A stretch of DNA of 64,000 nt, taken from NCBI RefSeq assembly GCF_006345805.1, contig NC_043010.1, forward strand, positions 62,620,001 to 62,684,000, read 5' to 3'. Each line of letters opens with the position of its first letter. Position 1 is the stretch's first letter. The stretch comes from Octopus sinensis. Lineage: Eukaryota. Positions 49,390 through 62,027 of this stretch are shown piece after piece. The notes beneath the pieces are model-generated. The model worked only from the letters and a program-made list of their open reading frames with translations. It ran no database searches and had not been told where the DNA came from. Position numbers and translations under genes: made by a program.

Positions 49390-49624
49390 CATGAAATTCT
49401 TCCATCTTTTTGCTCTGTTAAAATATTTGAGAAAATTATATTAATGTGTCCAACTGGTTAAAATTCTATTTTTTTATTCGTGCAGCTGAAGATGGCACTG
49501 CATTTAAATTGATATAATGATTGCATTGTTCAATTAAATGGAGCCACTTGAAACGGTTGTACTGTATCACTACTCGATATCTTGTTACTTATTTTGATTA
49601 TATATATATATAATATATATATAT

Positions 49625-49850
49625 ATCATCATCATCATCGTTTAATGTCCATTTCCCATGCTAGCACGGGTTGGACGGTTCAACTGGGGTCTGGGAAGCC
49701 AGGAGGCTGCACCAGGCTCCAGTCTGATTTGGCAGAGTTTCTACAGCTGGATGCCCTTCCTAACACCAACTACTCCGTAAGTGTAATGGGTGCTTTTCAC
49801 GTGCCACCGGCACAGGCGTGTCACTGGCACAGTAGCCACCAGCTCAGCAC
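49625..49850 (-). mobile_element. RTE 3' end (family B)
   Basis: (CAT)n plus tail. Confidence 0.8.
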
Positions 49851-49875
49851 GTATCATATATATATATATAGATAT

Positions 49876-49910
<35 letters not shown>

Positions 49911-50106
49911 CCCCCTCCTCCTTCCCTCTTCCTTGCCTATAAAACAAAATTCCTTACACGTGGTTCCACTATTGAAAAGACTGCCTCCACGCGCTGCTAC
50001 TACACTTTCGTCCTTGCCAGCAAAGGCTCTTCGTTCGTCCCCTTGTGTGGTTGATTTCCTGTATAGTATTCTTGTTATTTTCTCGTTTTGTAACTAATTG
50101 TACTTT

Positions 50107-50305
50107 TGTACATGTATTTTTTTTTTGCAGTTTTATTGTCTGTCTATGCCAGAAAAAAGGCTTTTTCGTTCGTCCTCTTGTGTATGTTTTTGTACATGTA
50201 TTTTATTTTTGCAGTTTTATTGTCTGTCTATGCCAGAAAAAAGGCTTTTTCGTTCGTCCTCTTGTGTGTTTTTGTACATGTATTTTAATTTTGCAGTCTT
50301 ATTGT
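50107..50305. repeat. ~84-bp tandem repeat, about 2.4 copies
   Basis: Units start at 50107, 50191 and 50273. Confidence 0.9.
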
Positions 50306-50369
50306 ACGTCTTGTTTGTGTTCGTACTATTTGCCCCGCTGCTTGAAATTTTATTTTAATTCTCTCGCAG

Positions 50370-50446
50370 GAAGGCCTATTGGATTAGTGTTCTGTTATGC
50401 CTTCGAAACATGCCTGACTCCTCTAGCGACAGCTGATGATGGGGGT
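50370..50446 (+). ncRNA. Permuted hammerhead-like motif 3
   Basis: GUGU/ACAU, GUU site, CUGUU/GACAG, GAAGGC/GCCUUC, and intact GAAA and CUGAUGA. Confidence 0.6.
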
Positions 50447-51144
50447 TTTGTCCTTGTGTAGCTCGTCCTGTATTTGTTTTTCGTTTTCTTGTTTTTTCGT
50501 TTTCCGTCCGTTTTCTTGTTTTTGTTTTTTTGGTTTTTCCGTTTCTACGTCTTATTGTGATGTCCTGTACTCCCGTATAATTATTTATATATGCATGTAT
50601 ATATACATGTAGATGTAGGTACGTACATATATGTTTGTATGTATGCATATATTTTTATTTATCTCCCATATATATATATATATATATATATATATCTGCA
50701 TGTTTCTATATGTATAAATAGAGTCCATGTTTTTGAATACTTGTGTGAAACCATGGTGTGGGAATAGAACAACAGTTTCCTGTGAGCAGTGAAGGCTTTT
50801 GTATCACTGTAGCTTCTTGGCTAACAAATAAGATATGTAATACACTCCTTTATGTATTGAGTACTATTTCTCCCATTTGTAAGACCAAATATCTAGCTTC
50901 AAAAAAACAAGGCTCAAAGGTCCCTTCCTGAGCGCTACGCTCATAAAGCTGGTTTCTTGGATTCGGTAGTGTTTAGATGTTCTGCCAAGACAGAACACCA
51001 GATGATTCGTTTAAGCCAGCTCAGTCAAGTGGAGCAATGTGAAATGAGGTGTTTGGTCAGGAACACAGTGCCTCACCCAGTGCAGGAATTGAAACCACAA
51101 TCTTAAGTGCAAGACCCTAACCACTAAGCCACGTGTCTCCATGC

Positions 51145-51169
<25 letters not shown>

Positions 51170-51175
<6 letters not shown>

Positions 51176-51525
51176 ATTCTTTTATTTGTTTAGGTCAAGC
51201 AAATTGACTCCATGATTTATTGTTTGTAAGCTTAGTACTTATTCTATCAGTCTCTTTTGTCGAACCACTAAGTCACAGGGACGTAACCACACCGGCATCG
51301 GTTGACAAGTGATGTTGGGGGTGGGGGGACAAACACAGACATGCAAACATATACACACACCAACATATATATATATATACATATACATATATACGATGGG
51401 CTTCTTTCAGTTTCCGTCTACCAAATCCACTCACAAGGCTTTGGTCGGACTGAGGCTATAGTAGAAGACACTTGCCCAAGGTGCCATGCAGTGGAACTGA
51501 ACCTGGAACCATGTGGTTGGTAAGC
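51170..51525 (-). mobile_element. SINE family A
   Basis: Tail degenerate, head and central block clear. Confidence 0.8.
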
Positions 51526-51559
51526 AGTGTGTGTGTGTGTATGGACACTTGCATGCTCA

Positions 51560-51743
51560 TGCACACACACACATATATGCAAATATGTGTGTATATAGGT
51601 ATATCTATATATATATATATATATGTATATATACTTGCGTGTGTGTATACATATATATATTAAAATGTCTATTTATACAAATTTATATATATATATACAC
51701 ACACACAAATTTGTATATGCACATATATACATATGTAGGTACA

Positions 51744-51787
<44 letters not shown>

Positions 51788-54700
51788 TGTGTGTATGTAT
51801 ATATATACATAAAATGTATGTGTATATATATGTGTCTATGTATATGTATATACATATATGGTGTATGTATATATACATACATATATATATTTTTATGTAT
51901 GTATATATATACATATTTATATATATGTATGTATATATATATACATATATCTATATATATATATATTATATATATATATATACAGATATATATACATATA
52001 TATGTATATATAATAATATTGTATGTATATATACATACATGCAAATAATTGATGCATATGGGAATAAGTGTGTATATGCATGCATGCATGTATGCACATA
52101 TATATACACAGACATGAATCGCGTGTGTGTGTGTCCCTCATGCATATGTATTTGCATATACACAAACACACACACATTCAGACGTGTATACATACATGTC
52201 TGGCTGTAATACAGTGCATGTGTACAGAACCTATACACAGAAGGTTTTAACTTGGTAGCAACTGTGCAGTGTATGTATGTGCATGTGCAGCAAAGGACAC
52301 AATTTATGCGCAAACGTGGTGGATGCAGAATGACAAGTAAACTCTATGTGTTCTGTAGATGCAGTAACGTGTCTATATGAGTGTTGTGTGGTGTTCGTCT
52401 GTATGTGTGTGTATGTGTGTATGTTTGTGTGTGTGTGTGTGTGTGTGCCTTGGTGTTGTGCAGTATGCGTGTTGAATGTTGTATGCGTTCCAAAATGTGT
52501 ATTTGGTGTATGTATGTATGTGTGTGTGTTTGTGCACAAAGTGTGATGTAGTGGGGGAGAGAGAGAGTGGTTGTGTGTGTGTTAGGAGGATGTTATGGCA
52601 GTCGTGGAGATGGTGGCGGTGGCGGTGGTGGGTATGCTATCTGGTGATGAGATAGAAATAATGATGGTGGTGGTGATGGTGGTGATGGTGGTGGTGGTGG
52701 TGCTGCTGATACTGCCTGTTGTTGTTGTTGTTGTTGTGGCTGATGTTGGCAGCAGTGTTGATGTCTGTGGCAGTGGTTATGGTAGTGGTGGTTCTAGGGC
52801 TGGTAGTGGCTGGTGGCGGCGGCGGCGGTGTGCTTGGTTGTTAGGGGTGATAGCGGTGGTAGTGATGATGATGATGATGATAGTTACTGGTTATTAGTGG
52901 CAGTGGCGGTGGTGGTGGTGGTGATGGTGGTGGAGGAAGAGATGACAGTGACAATAACAGTGGTGGTGGTGGTGGTGGTGGTGTTGAGCCTGGTTGTTAG
53001 GGGTGATAGTGGCAGCGTTGATGGTGGTGGTGGTGGTGGTGATGGTGGTGTTTCTAGCGATAGTGGTAAGAACAGTGTGTTTGTGTGTGGGAAGTATGGA
53101 GTTATGGAAGGTAAGGGCGAGTGGTGTGGTGTTGGGCGGGGAGGGGAGAGGGAGAGGCGGTTAGATAGTTGAAATAGGTGAAAAGGGAGAGGGAGTGAGG
53201 GAGGGCGGCTGATGTCTGTAATGATGGTGGTGGTGGAAGCGGCGGTGGTGGTAGGGATGGTGGAGTCGGCGGCGGTGGTGAACTGTGAGTGATGTAGCCG
53301 TGGTGTGTGTCTGGTGGAGGGGTGGGGGTAGAAGAGGAGAGGGAGACAGAGAGAGAAAGGGGTTTGTGATGGCTGTTGTAGCGGTGGGGGGTAAGGGGGT
53401 GAGGCGGTGAAGGGCGAAGGGTTGTTGTGCTGCAGGGGGTGGGAAAGAGAGAGAGAGAGAGAGACAGAGAGACAGGCAGACGGACAGAGTGGGGGAAAGA
53501 AAGAGAGAGGTAGAGAAAGATGGATGAGGAAGTGTAGTGGTGGTGGTGGTGGTGGTGGATGAGAAGGGGGAAGTAGTGGAAATGATTGAGTGGTAGGGTG
53601 ATGGTGGAGGCGGAGGTGGAGGCGGTGAGGACACAGAAGATTGAAGACACTGATGAGGGTATAGGGTAAAGTTGGGGTGGTGATAGTGTGTGTGTGTGTG
53701 TGTAAGGTTGTAGTGGTGGTGGTGGTGGTGGTAATTTAATGACTGACGTGGTGGTGGAGGTAGCGTTAGTGGTTGTGGTTGTGCTGGTGCTAGTGTTGGT
53801 GTGGTAGTCTTTACCTCGTGTAATTTGGTGTAGTGGTAGCAGTGCTGTTGCGGCGGTAGTGTTAGAGATAGTGTTGGAGGTAGTGTTGGAGGTAGTGCAG
53901 CTAGTGGTGGCGGTCTACATTGTGGCTGTGGCTGTAGCATTGTAGTGGTTGTGCGATGGTGATACAGGTGGTGGAGTAGTGGTGGTGGTGGTTGTTGTAG
54001 TGTGGGTGGCGGTGGTAGTGGTGGTATTGTTGGTGGCGGTTGATCCACAGGTCAGCCTTAAATCAGGCAGACCCAACGACCAAAGGCATTCCAGTCGTGA
54101 CCATCTCGTCATATTTGCTATACACAGAAAAAAGAAACAGGACCACATTGACTAAACCCATAAAGGGCGAGATAGGTTTGGCTGCTATTTCTAGCAGGTC
54201 GAATGAGTAGTGCGCCCTCCGAGGTTGTCATAATGATGATGGTGGTGGTGGTGGTGGTGGTGGTGGTTGGGGCAGTCAGAGCAAAGAGAGAAGCGAAGCG
54301 TTGCTTGGGAGGTGAGAGATGGAGTTAGCGATGAGGTGGGGTGGGAGTTGCGGTGTAGGAAGACGTGTGTGTGTCTGTGTAAATGTCTGTTTTGTGTGTG
54401 TGTGTGTATGTGTGTTTATCATTCTGCGTATGTATATGGGTGTATGTGAATGTGCGTGCGTGTGTATGTGTGGCGGTGGTGTTGGAGTTGTGTTGTATTA
54501 AGACGTGTGTACGTTTGTGCGTATGTATGTTGTGTTTATGTCTGTGAATGTATGCTTGTGTGTGTATGTGTGTGTGTGTGTATGTATGTGTGTGTGTGTG
54601 TGTATGTGTGTGTGTCGGGGGAGATATATGGTTTGTTGGTGTTTCTGACCGGGGGGGAAGAGGAGTAGCAGAGGGTGTGAGAGAGTGGTTGTGAAGAATG

Positions 54701-56434
54701 AGGAAGGAGGGGGAGGTCGTGGTGGAAGGTTGGAGGGGTTAAGGTAGAGGAGTGGCATGACAGAGGGGAGGAATAGAGGGGGAGGAGGAGCGTGGTGATA
54801 GATGTGAAGTATAAGGAAGGGGATGGAGGAGGTAGAGGTGGTGGTGAGTGCAGATGGTGTGTGCGAGATAAGCAGAGAGATAAAAGCGAGAGAGAGAGAG
54901 AGAGAACAAAGAGACATAGTAAAAGAGAGACAAAGTAAAAGAGAGAGAGAACGAAATAGAAAGAGTGTTTGTGTTAAAAGAGTGAGAGTATATTAGAGAG
55001 AGAGAAAGAGACATACACAAGAGGGAGAAAGACAGAATGAAAGAGAGTAAAATGGATAAAGATATGTCACACAAGAGAAAGGGAGAGAATGTGAGAGAGT
55101 GAGTCAAATAAAAGGAGAGAGGGAGACGTAATGAGAGAAAAAAGAGAGAAATATGTAGAGGGAGAGAGAGAGAAAGAAAGATTGAGAGATACATAGGAGA
55201 GAGAGAGAGAGAGAAATAAGACACAAACTGCAGAAAAACAGGAGTGGAGTGTGTATACCACTTGTGGTCGTCTGGTCATGAGTGTGTGTGTGTGTATATA
55301 ATGGTGTCTGTGTGTATCTGTATGTCGTGGTGTCTATGCGTGCGTGTGCGCTGGTGTCTGTGTACGTGTGGAAGTATTATTGATGTCTGTGTGTGTTTGT
55401 GTATGTACATGTGTATGTTTTATGTGAAGTGTGGAAGTGTTGTTCATGTTTGTGTATGTATTGAAGTCTGTATATGTGTTTGTTTTACGTGTTTGTGTGT
55501 GCGTGTATGTGTTGTTCATATCTGTATATGTGTATGTTATTGAAATCTGTATGTGTGTGTACGTTATATATGTATGTGTTTGTTGTTCCTGTCTGTATGT
55601 GTAAGTGGTGGATGAGAAAGGGAGGGGGTGGTTGAGGTGTATTATAAGGAGGGGGAGGGGGAGGAAAGGTTGTGTGTGTGCGTGTGTGTGCGAAGGTTCT
55701 TGATGTATGTATGTGTATGTGTGTGACGAAAGGTTGTATGGAGTGAGCGTGTATGCATTTATGTGTATGTGTATGTATTTATGTGTGCGTGTATACCGAA
55801 AATTTGTTGATGTGTATGTGTGTGTGTGCATGGGAGAAGTTTGTTGACGTGTGTTATATATATATATACATACATTATAAATATGTATGTGTGTGTGAGA
55901 TATATTTGTATAGTCATATATATATTTATATATGTATGTGTATATATGGATATATATATATCTATATGTTTGTGTGTGTGTATATGAGTTGTTGACATGT
56001 GTGTGTGTGTATTATTGATGTGTGTTGATACATGAGTGTATGTAAGAGGTTGTTCAAGTGTGTAGAAGAGGAGGTTGTTGTGTCTGTATAAAAGATTGTC
56101 TATGCCTATATATGTGTTTAGGGTGTTGTTGATGTGCGTATATACATGTATGTATATATATGTGTGTGTGTGTCTATATATATGTATACATAGACACACA
56201 CACACACATACTTATGTATACGTATACATGTGGATAACAGGTTGTTATGTGTGTATGGGAGTGTAGGAGGTAGATGTGTGCCACTTTTCACATATAGGTT
56301 GTTGGTATGTGTGTGTGTGTGTGTGTAGGGAACTACTAGTGTAAGTATAGTTGGATGTATGTGTGTGTGTGTGTGTATATCTCTCCTTTATATACATATA
56401 TGTATATACATATATACATATAGATATATATATG

Positions 56435-56515
<81 letters not shown>

Positions 56516-56648
56516 CATAGACATATATTTCTATATACTCACACACATCCTTCCATCCATGCCTGTTGTGTATGTATGTGTATATGAAATTGTGAATGCA
56601 TATATACATATATCTATATATACATACAGCATTTTGAAAAGCGTGCGT

Positions 56649-56679
<31 letters not shown>

Positions 56680-56729
56680 TGTGTGTGTTTGTATGTGTCA
56701 ATGTATGTATGTGTATATGAAATTGTGAA

Positions 56730-56767
<38 letters not shown>

Positions 56768-57887
56768 CAGCATTTTGAAGCGTGCGTGTGTATATATATA
56801 TATGTGTGTGTGTTTGTGTGTGTCAATGTATGTATGTGTATGGGTTGTAGGTGTGTATGTGGTGGGGTTTGTATTCGAGTTTTTGTGTCTGTGTTTGTGT
56901 GTGAAGCTAGCATGTGCATTTGTATGTGTAAGTAGGAAAGAGTTGATGTGTGTGTGTGTGTGTATACACAGGAGATTGTTGATGTGTGTGTGTGTGTGAA
57001 TAATATGTAATATATGTTAATGTCGTTGTTCAAGTATGTGGCTGTGTGTAAGTTGTGTGTGCGTGCCTGTATGCGGGCATCTGTGTGTATGTGAGCGAGA
57101 GAGAGTGTGTGTGTGTGTGTGAGGTTGTATGTATTTGTGTATGTGTGTGTGTGTGTGTGTGTGGGAATGTTATTGAAATGGAGGTGGAAGAAATGTGTGG
57201 ATGTATGGGGAGGGGGGATGGAGATGTGAGGATGTGTGGACTTTGTTTACGTGTGTGTGTGTGTGTGTGTATGTGTGTGTGAGTGAATGCGTGCGTGTGT
57301 GAGTGAACTTGGGTGTGTGCGTGTGTGTGTGTTGTTGTGGAACAGTTGTTGATGTGCAATGTGAGTTGAGTGGTGTGGGAGGTGAGAGGGGGGGAAATGG
57401 AGGCGGTAGCAGTGATGATGATGATTGTGATGATGATGATGATGATGATGATGCTAGTTTGGTGATGGTGGTGTTGGAGGTAGCTGTGTCAGTGTTCTTA
57501 GTATTTGATGGTGGTGGAAGTGGCGGTGGTGTAAGCAGGTGGTGTTGGCGATGTACGTCTGTATGGTGGGGTATGTGGTGAGGATGGTGGTGGTGGTGGT
57601 GGTGTGTGCCTGTATAGGAAATTAGAGCTGGTGGGTGTGGTGATGGTGGTAGTGGTGGTGGTGGTGGTGGCGCTGTGTGTGTGTGTGTGTGTGTTTGTGT
57701 TAATGGGGGTTGTGGATGTGGATGTGGAGGTGTATGGAATGGTGGTGGTATGTTGAAGCAGTACAGGTGTGGAAATGGCCGCGTGTGTATGTATATGTAT
57801 GCATGGTGTGCGTATATGTATGTATGCATGCATACATACATGCATACATACATATATATATATATATATACACATTACATACATATA

Positions 57888-57921
<34 letters not shown>

Positions 57922-57942
57922 CACTATATATATGTATATACT

Positions 57943-57989
<47 letters not shown>

Positions 57990-58083
57990 GTATGTGTGTG
58001 TATATATATATATATATTTTATATATATATATGTGTATATATATATTGTGTATATATGTATTATATATATACACATATATGCA

Positions 58084-58125
<42 letters not shown>

Positions 58126-58220
58126 CATATTATATGTGCGTGGGTATGAATATGTGTGTATATGTATATACACACAGAAACATTTAATTTAATGAGTGTG
58201 TGTGTGTGTGTGTGTGTGCG
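51560..58220. repeat. ~6.7-kb composite low-complexity block: (TA)n, (TG)n, (GGT)n, (GA)n; G/T-skewed
   Basis: Direct reading. Includes a 133-bp tandem duplication at about 56570-56840. Confidence 0.9.
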
Positions 58221-59435
58221 TGTATACTGAGTGTTTAGGGGTTCTGTATGTACATATCATCATCATCATCGTTTCAGCATCCATTGTTCAACGCCTTGCA
58301 TCAAGATAGTGTTTCCACAGCCGGATGCTCCTTCTGCCTCCAGCCCCCCCTACTCCACCCCACCCATCCCCACCACCTGTTTCCACGCAATGTGCCATTT
58401 GTTCATGTTTCCATGGCAGATTGGAAATGAACAACACCGCATGTATGACGCTGACACCCATTTACCACTCTCACACAGTGTCAAGACAAGGCCAGTCAGC
58501 CATCTCCCATCATACCCCCCACCCGCCATACACACACTGACTGGGTACCTGTCAGGTATTTAAGTATGGTTACTGCTTGTCTGTAGCTCATATTTCATGT
58601 TTATCTGTCTGAAGAAATGGTTGGTTATGCACGCTGCATTTATGAGGTTCCTCTACCGACTGCGTATAACATCATATGTTACTGAACACCGAAACATGAG
58701 GAACAGATGAAATAAAGGTGTACCAAATTTTAAGTCCAACTTCTTTGCTCTCACTGGCCAGAGTGTTTTACAGAGGCCACGCGGTTTAGGAGGCTGCACT
58801 TATGCATATTTATAGAAACCATGGGTCTCTCATAAATGTGGAATGATTTGACCTACGTTACTCCCCTAAAAATGCACCCAGACCATCCAATAAGCTGTAC
58901 ATCCAAATGCTAAAATATTTTCAGAGGTCTTGGGCCAACAGGTTTTTGGGATCTGATGACATGCCATAAAGCTAAACCCTTTATGGACAGGAAACATAAG
59001 GAAATCCCATAAACTGTTATGGTTGAAAAGCTATTTTTACCACTATCCGGGGGTGCCTTGGGAAAAATAAGTTGACAAAAGCACAGCCATGATTGCGACT
59101 AATGTCCTCCTAAAATTGGAGCGACATGCGTGCTAATTTGTGGACGTGCATAAAGTACATTCACATACACACACACACACATCCTGCCTTTTATAAATAT
59201 AGATACCTTGCCTGAAAAATTGACTTGGAGACATATACATGACATGTTATATAAATCTGCCAATTTAATGTATCTTAAAGCATGAAACTTAGTAGCTCTT
59301 TTGTAATTATGTATATTAAGATATATATGTGAATTGAAAATCCTAAAATGGATGCAACTGCTTCAGATGGTCCAATGCACATAACCCATTAGATATTGAC
59401 TAATTTCGTTGTCATTGTTCATTTGAACAGTAGCC

Positions 59436-59639
59436 TACTCTTTTTACTCTTTTACTTGTTTCAGTCATTTGACTGCGGCCATGCTGGAGCACCACCTTTA
59501 ATCGAGCAACTCGACCCCGGGACTTATTCTTTGTAAGCCCAGTACTTATTCTATCGGTCTCTTTTGCCGAACCGCTAAGTGACGGGGACGTAAACACACC
59601 AGCATCGGTTGTCAAGCAATGCTAGAGGGACAAACACAA

Positions 59640-59702
<63 letters not shown>

Positions 59703-59864
59703 CGACAGGCTTCTTTCAGTTTCCGTCTACCAAATCCACTCACAAGGCATTGGTCGGCCCGGGGCTATAGCAGAAGACACTTGCCCAAGATGCCACGCAG
59801 TGGGACTGAACCCGGAACCATGTGGTTGGTTAGCAAGCTACTTACCACACAGCCACTCCTGTGC
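59436..59864 (-). mobile_element. SINE family A, young subfamily
   Basis: Full length with (GAGTAAAA)n tail. Confidence 0.92.
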
Positions 59865-60170
59865 CTTGGTCATTTCTTTTCAGCATATACTTGATGACGT
59901 ACTTAATTGATCTCACCAAAGCAACCTTTTTTCAACATTGCAGTGGCATTTGAATGCTCTAAAAAGGGTTTCATTATAAGGTACAACCCATTTGTTGTTT
60001 GTTTTTCCATTCTTCTCCCATTGTAACTGATTTTCATCTATAAAGAGATAATCTCTCTCTTTTTCTGTCTTCAGTTTAAGATGATAAAGATTAATATTTT
60101 ATTTCAAACAAAATAGTAATTTTTCCCTTCAAGAAAAAAAAACATATCAAGCACCCATGATTCAAGAAAA

Positions 60171-60683
60171 TCTATATACATAAAACTGTAGTTGTGTGAG
60201 TGTCTGTCCCCTTCGATTTAGATTCCTAACTACTCCCACATTTTGCGGTGCAGTTTAACCAAATTCGAGTATCTTATAGTCGTGATTCATATCGAGCCCG
60301 TCTGGCTATTAGCGCGCGTCTACGGTGAGTCTACGATTTAAAAAAATAATTAACATCATTTTTTTTCCATTTTAATGCATAATTTTTCGGTGTGTCGATG
60401 GCGGCGGAGTTGGCGTCCATGGTCACACCTGCACCTGTTTGCTTCTCCCCCTTCTTCCCTCCCTCGTGAAGCTGTGGGGAAGGGAGTGTAAAGAAATCAA
60501 CGTCGTAAAGCGTTGTCAAGGAGACCAGCGTTCTTTTAGAACAACGACATCATGGCTTGAAGACACCAAAACAGAAATGGCTAAGAAAGCCCGAATTGGC
60601 ATCTATAAGGGAAGTAACTCTCTAAAAATGCTTATATAGTTATTTCCCTAACAAACCCGAGCAACGCCGGGTGATACTGCTAG
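60171..60683 (+). mobile_element. Non-autonomous Helitron
   Basis: A|TC start, 3' hairpin CCCG-AGCAACGC-CGGG (60656-60671) and CTAG|T end. Confidence 0.85.
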
Positions 60684-60748
60684 TATCTCATAAAAATATA
60701 AGAATTTCCATCTTTCAGGCCATAGCACTCTGAAAGTTGTATAAATTA

Positions 60749-61246
60749 CTAGCAGTATCGCCCGGCATTGCTCGGGTTTGTAAGGGAAATAACTATAAAG
60801 CATTTTTAGAGAGTTATAGCCAAAAAATAGCAAAAAAATGCATTAAAAATGGAAAAAAAATTATGGTAAATTCTTTTTTAAATCGTTGACTCATCGTAGA
60901 CATTTTTAGAGAGTTACTTCCTTTATATAATAGCGAAAAAATGCATTAAAATGGAAAAGAATGATGGTAAATTATTTTTAAAATCGTAGACTCATCGTAG
61001 ACATTTTTACAGAGTTACTTCCCTTATATAATAGCGAAAAAATGCATTAAAATGGGAAAAAATGATGGTAAATTATTTTTAAAATCGTAGACTCATCGTA
61101 GACGCGCGCTAATACCCAGAAGGGCTCGATATGAATCACGACTATAAGATACCCGCTTTTCGTTAAACTGCACTGCAAAATGTGGGAGTAGTTAGGAATC
61201 TAAATCGTAGGAGACAGACACACAACTTCACTTTTATATATAAAGA
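60749..61246 (-). mobile_element. Non-autonomous Helitron with three ~100-bp internal repeats
   Basis: Minus strand A|TC...hairpin...CTAG|T. Internal units begin near 60801, 60901 and 61002. Confidence 0.85.
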
Positions 61247-61446
61247 TTAAGGGAAGGTAAAAGAAAGTAAGGAAAAGGGACAAACCACAGTGGCTGCAAG
61301 GACTCTTTGAAGTGTCACCACAAAGCAACATTTTAAACTTGATTTTTTTTTTCTTAAAAGGGGAAATGACTATTTGTAATCTTAATCAAAGGGCAGGAAA
61401 ACAGATAAACTTTGAGGTTTAGTATAATATAGATATACAGAGAGAA

Positions 61447-61477
<31 letters not shown>

Positions 61478-61694
61478 GAGACAGCTATGTGAAAAGCACC
61501 TGTGCTGGAGCCACATAAAATGTACTGGGTCTGGTGCCCTGTGAAAACCATCCAGTACAGTCTGTAAGATAGTTGACATCAGGAAGGGGGTCCCACCTGT
61601 AGAAACAATGTCAGGACATACAATGGAACCTGGTGCAGCCCCTGGCCTTACCAGCTCCTGTCAAACCATCCGAGCCACCCAGTGAGGAAAACAG

Positions 61695-61789
61695 TTGTTA
61701 AATGATGATGATGATGATGATTGTGATTACAGTGGTAGTGGTGGTGGTGATGATGACGATGACAACAACGATTGTGGTGGTGATGATAG

Positions 61790-61833
<44 letters not shown>

Positions 61834-61890
61834 CTGATGATGATGATGATGATGATAGTGATGATGATGGGGATGATGATGACAGTGATA
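61695..61890. repeat. (GAT)n microsatellite grown from an RTE tail (61490-61720)
   Basis: Direct reading. Confidence 0.85.
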
Positions 61891-61991
61891 TATATATAGG
61901 GGGAGAATTCACAAAACAAAACAAAAGACGAAGACAGGTGGCGTAGACAACAAACAGATGTATTAGTATAATGCTCGGGAAGTGAAAAAGT

Positions 61992-62027
61992 CTTTAACGT
62001 TTCGAGCCTATGCTCTTCCACAGAAAG
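61992..62027 (-). ncRNA. Minimal hammerhead, CUGUGGA variant, in a Penelope-type repeat
   Basis: CUUU-CUGUGGA-A-GAGC(AUAG)GCUC-GAAAC-GU-U-AAAG. Confidence 0.6.

Noticed and set aside
58645-58720. GAAAC...CAGATGA with some complementary segments
   Set aside because: No stem I and a mutated core, so compatible with chance.
58560-59203. Possible additional Helitron (minus-strand A|TCTATATTTATAAAAG start)
   Set aside because: No 3' hairpin/CTAG end was found, so its extent cannot be defined.
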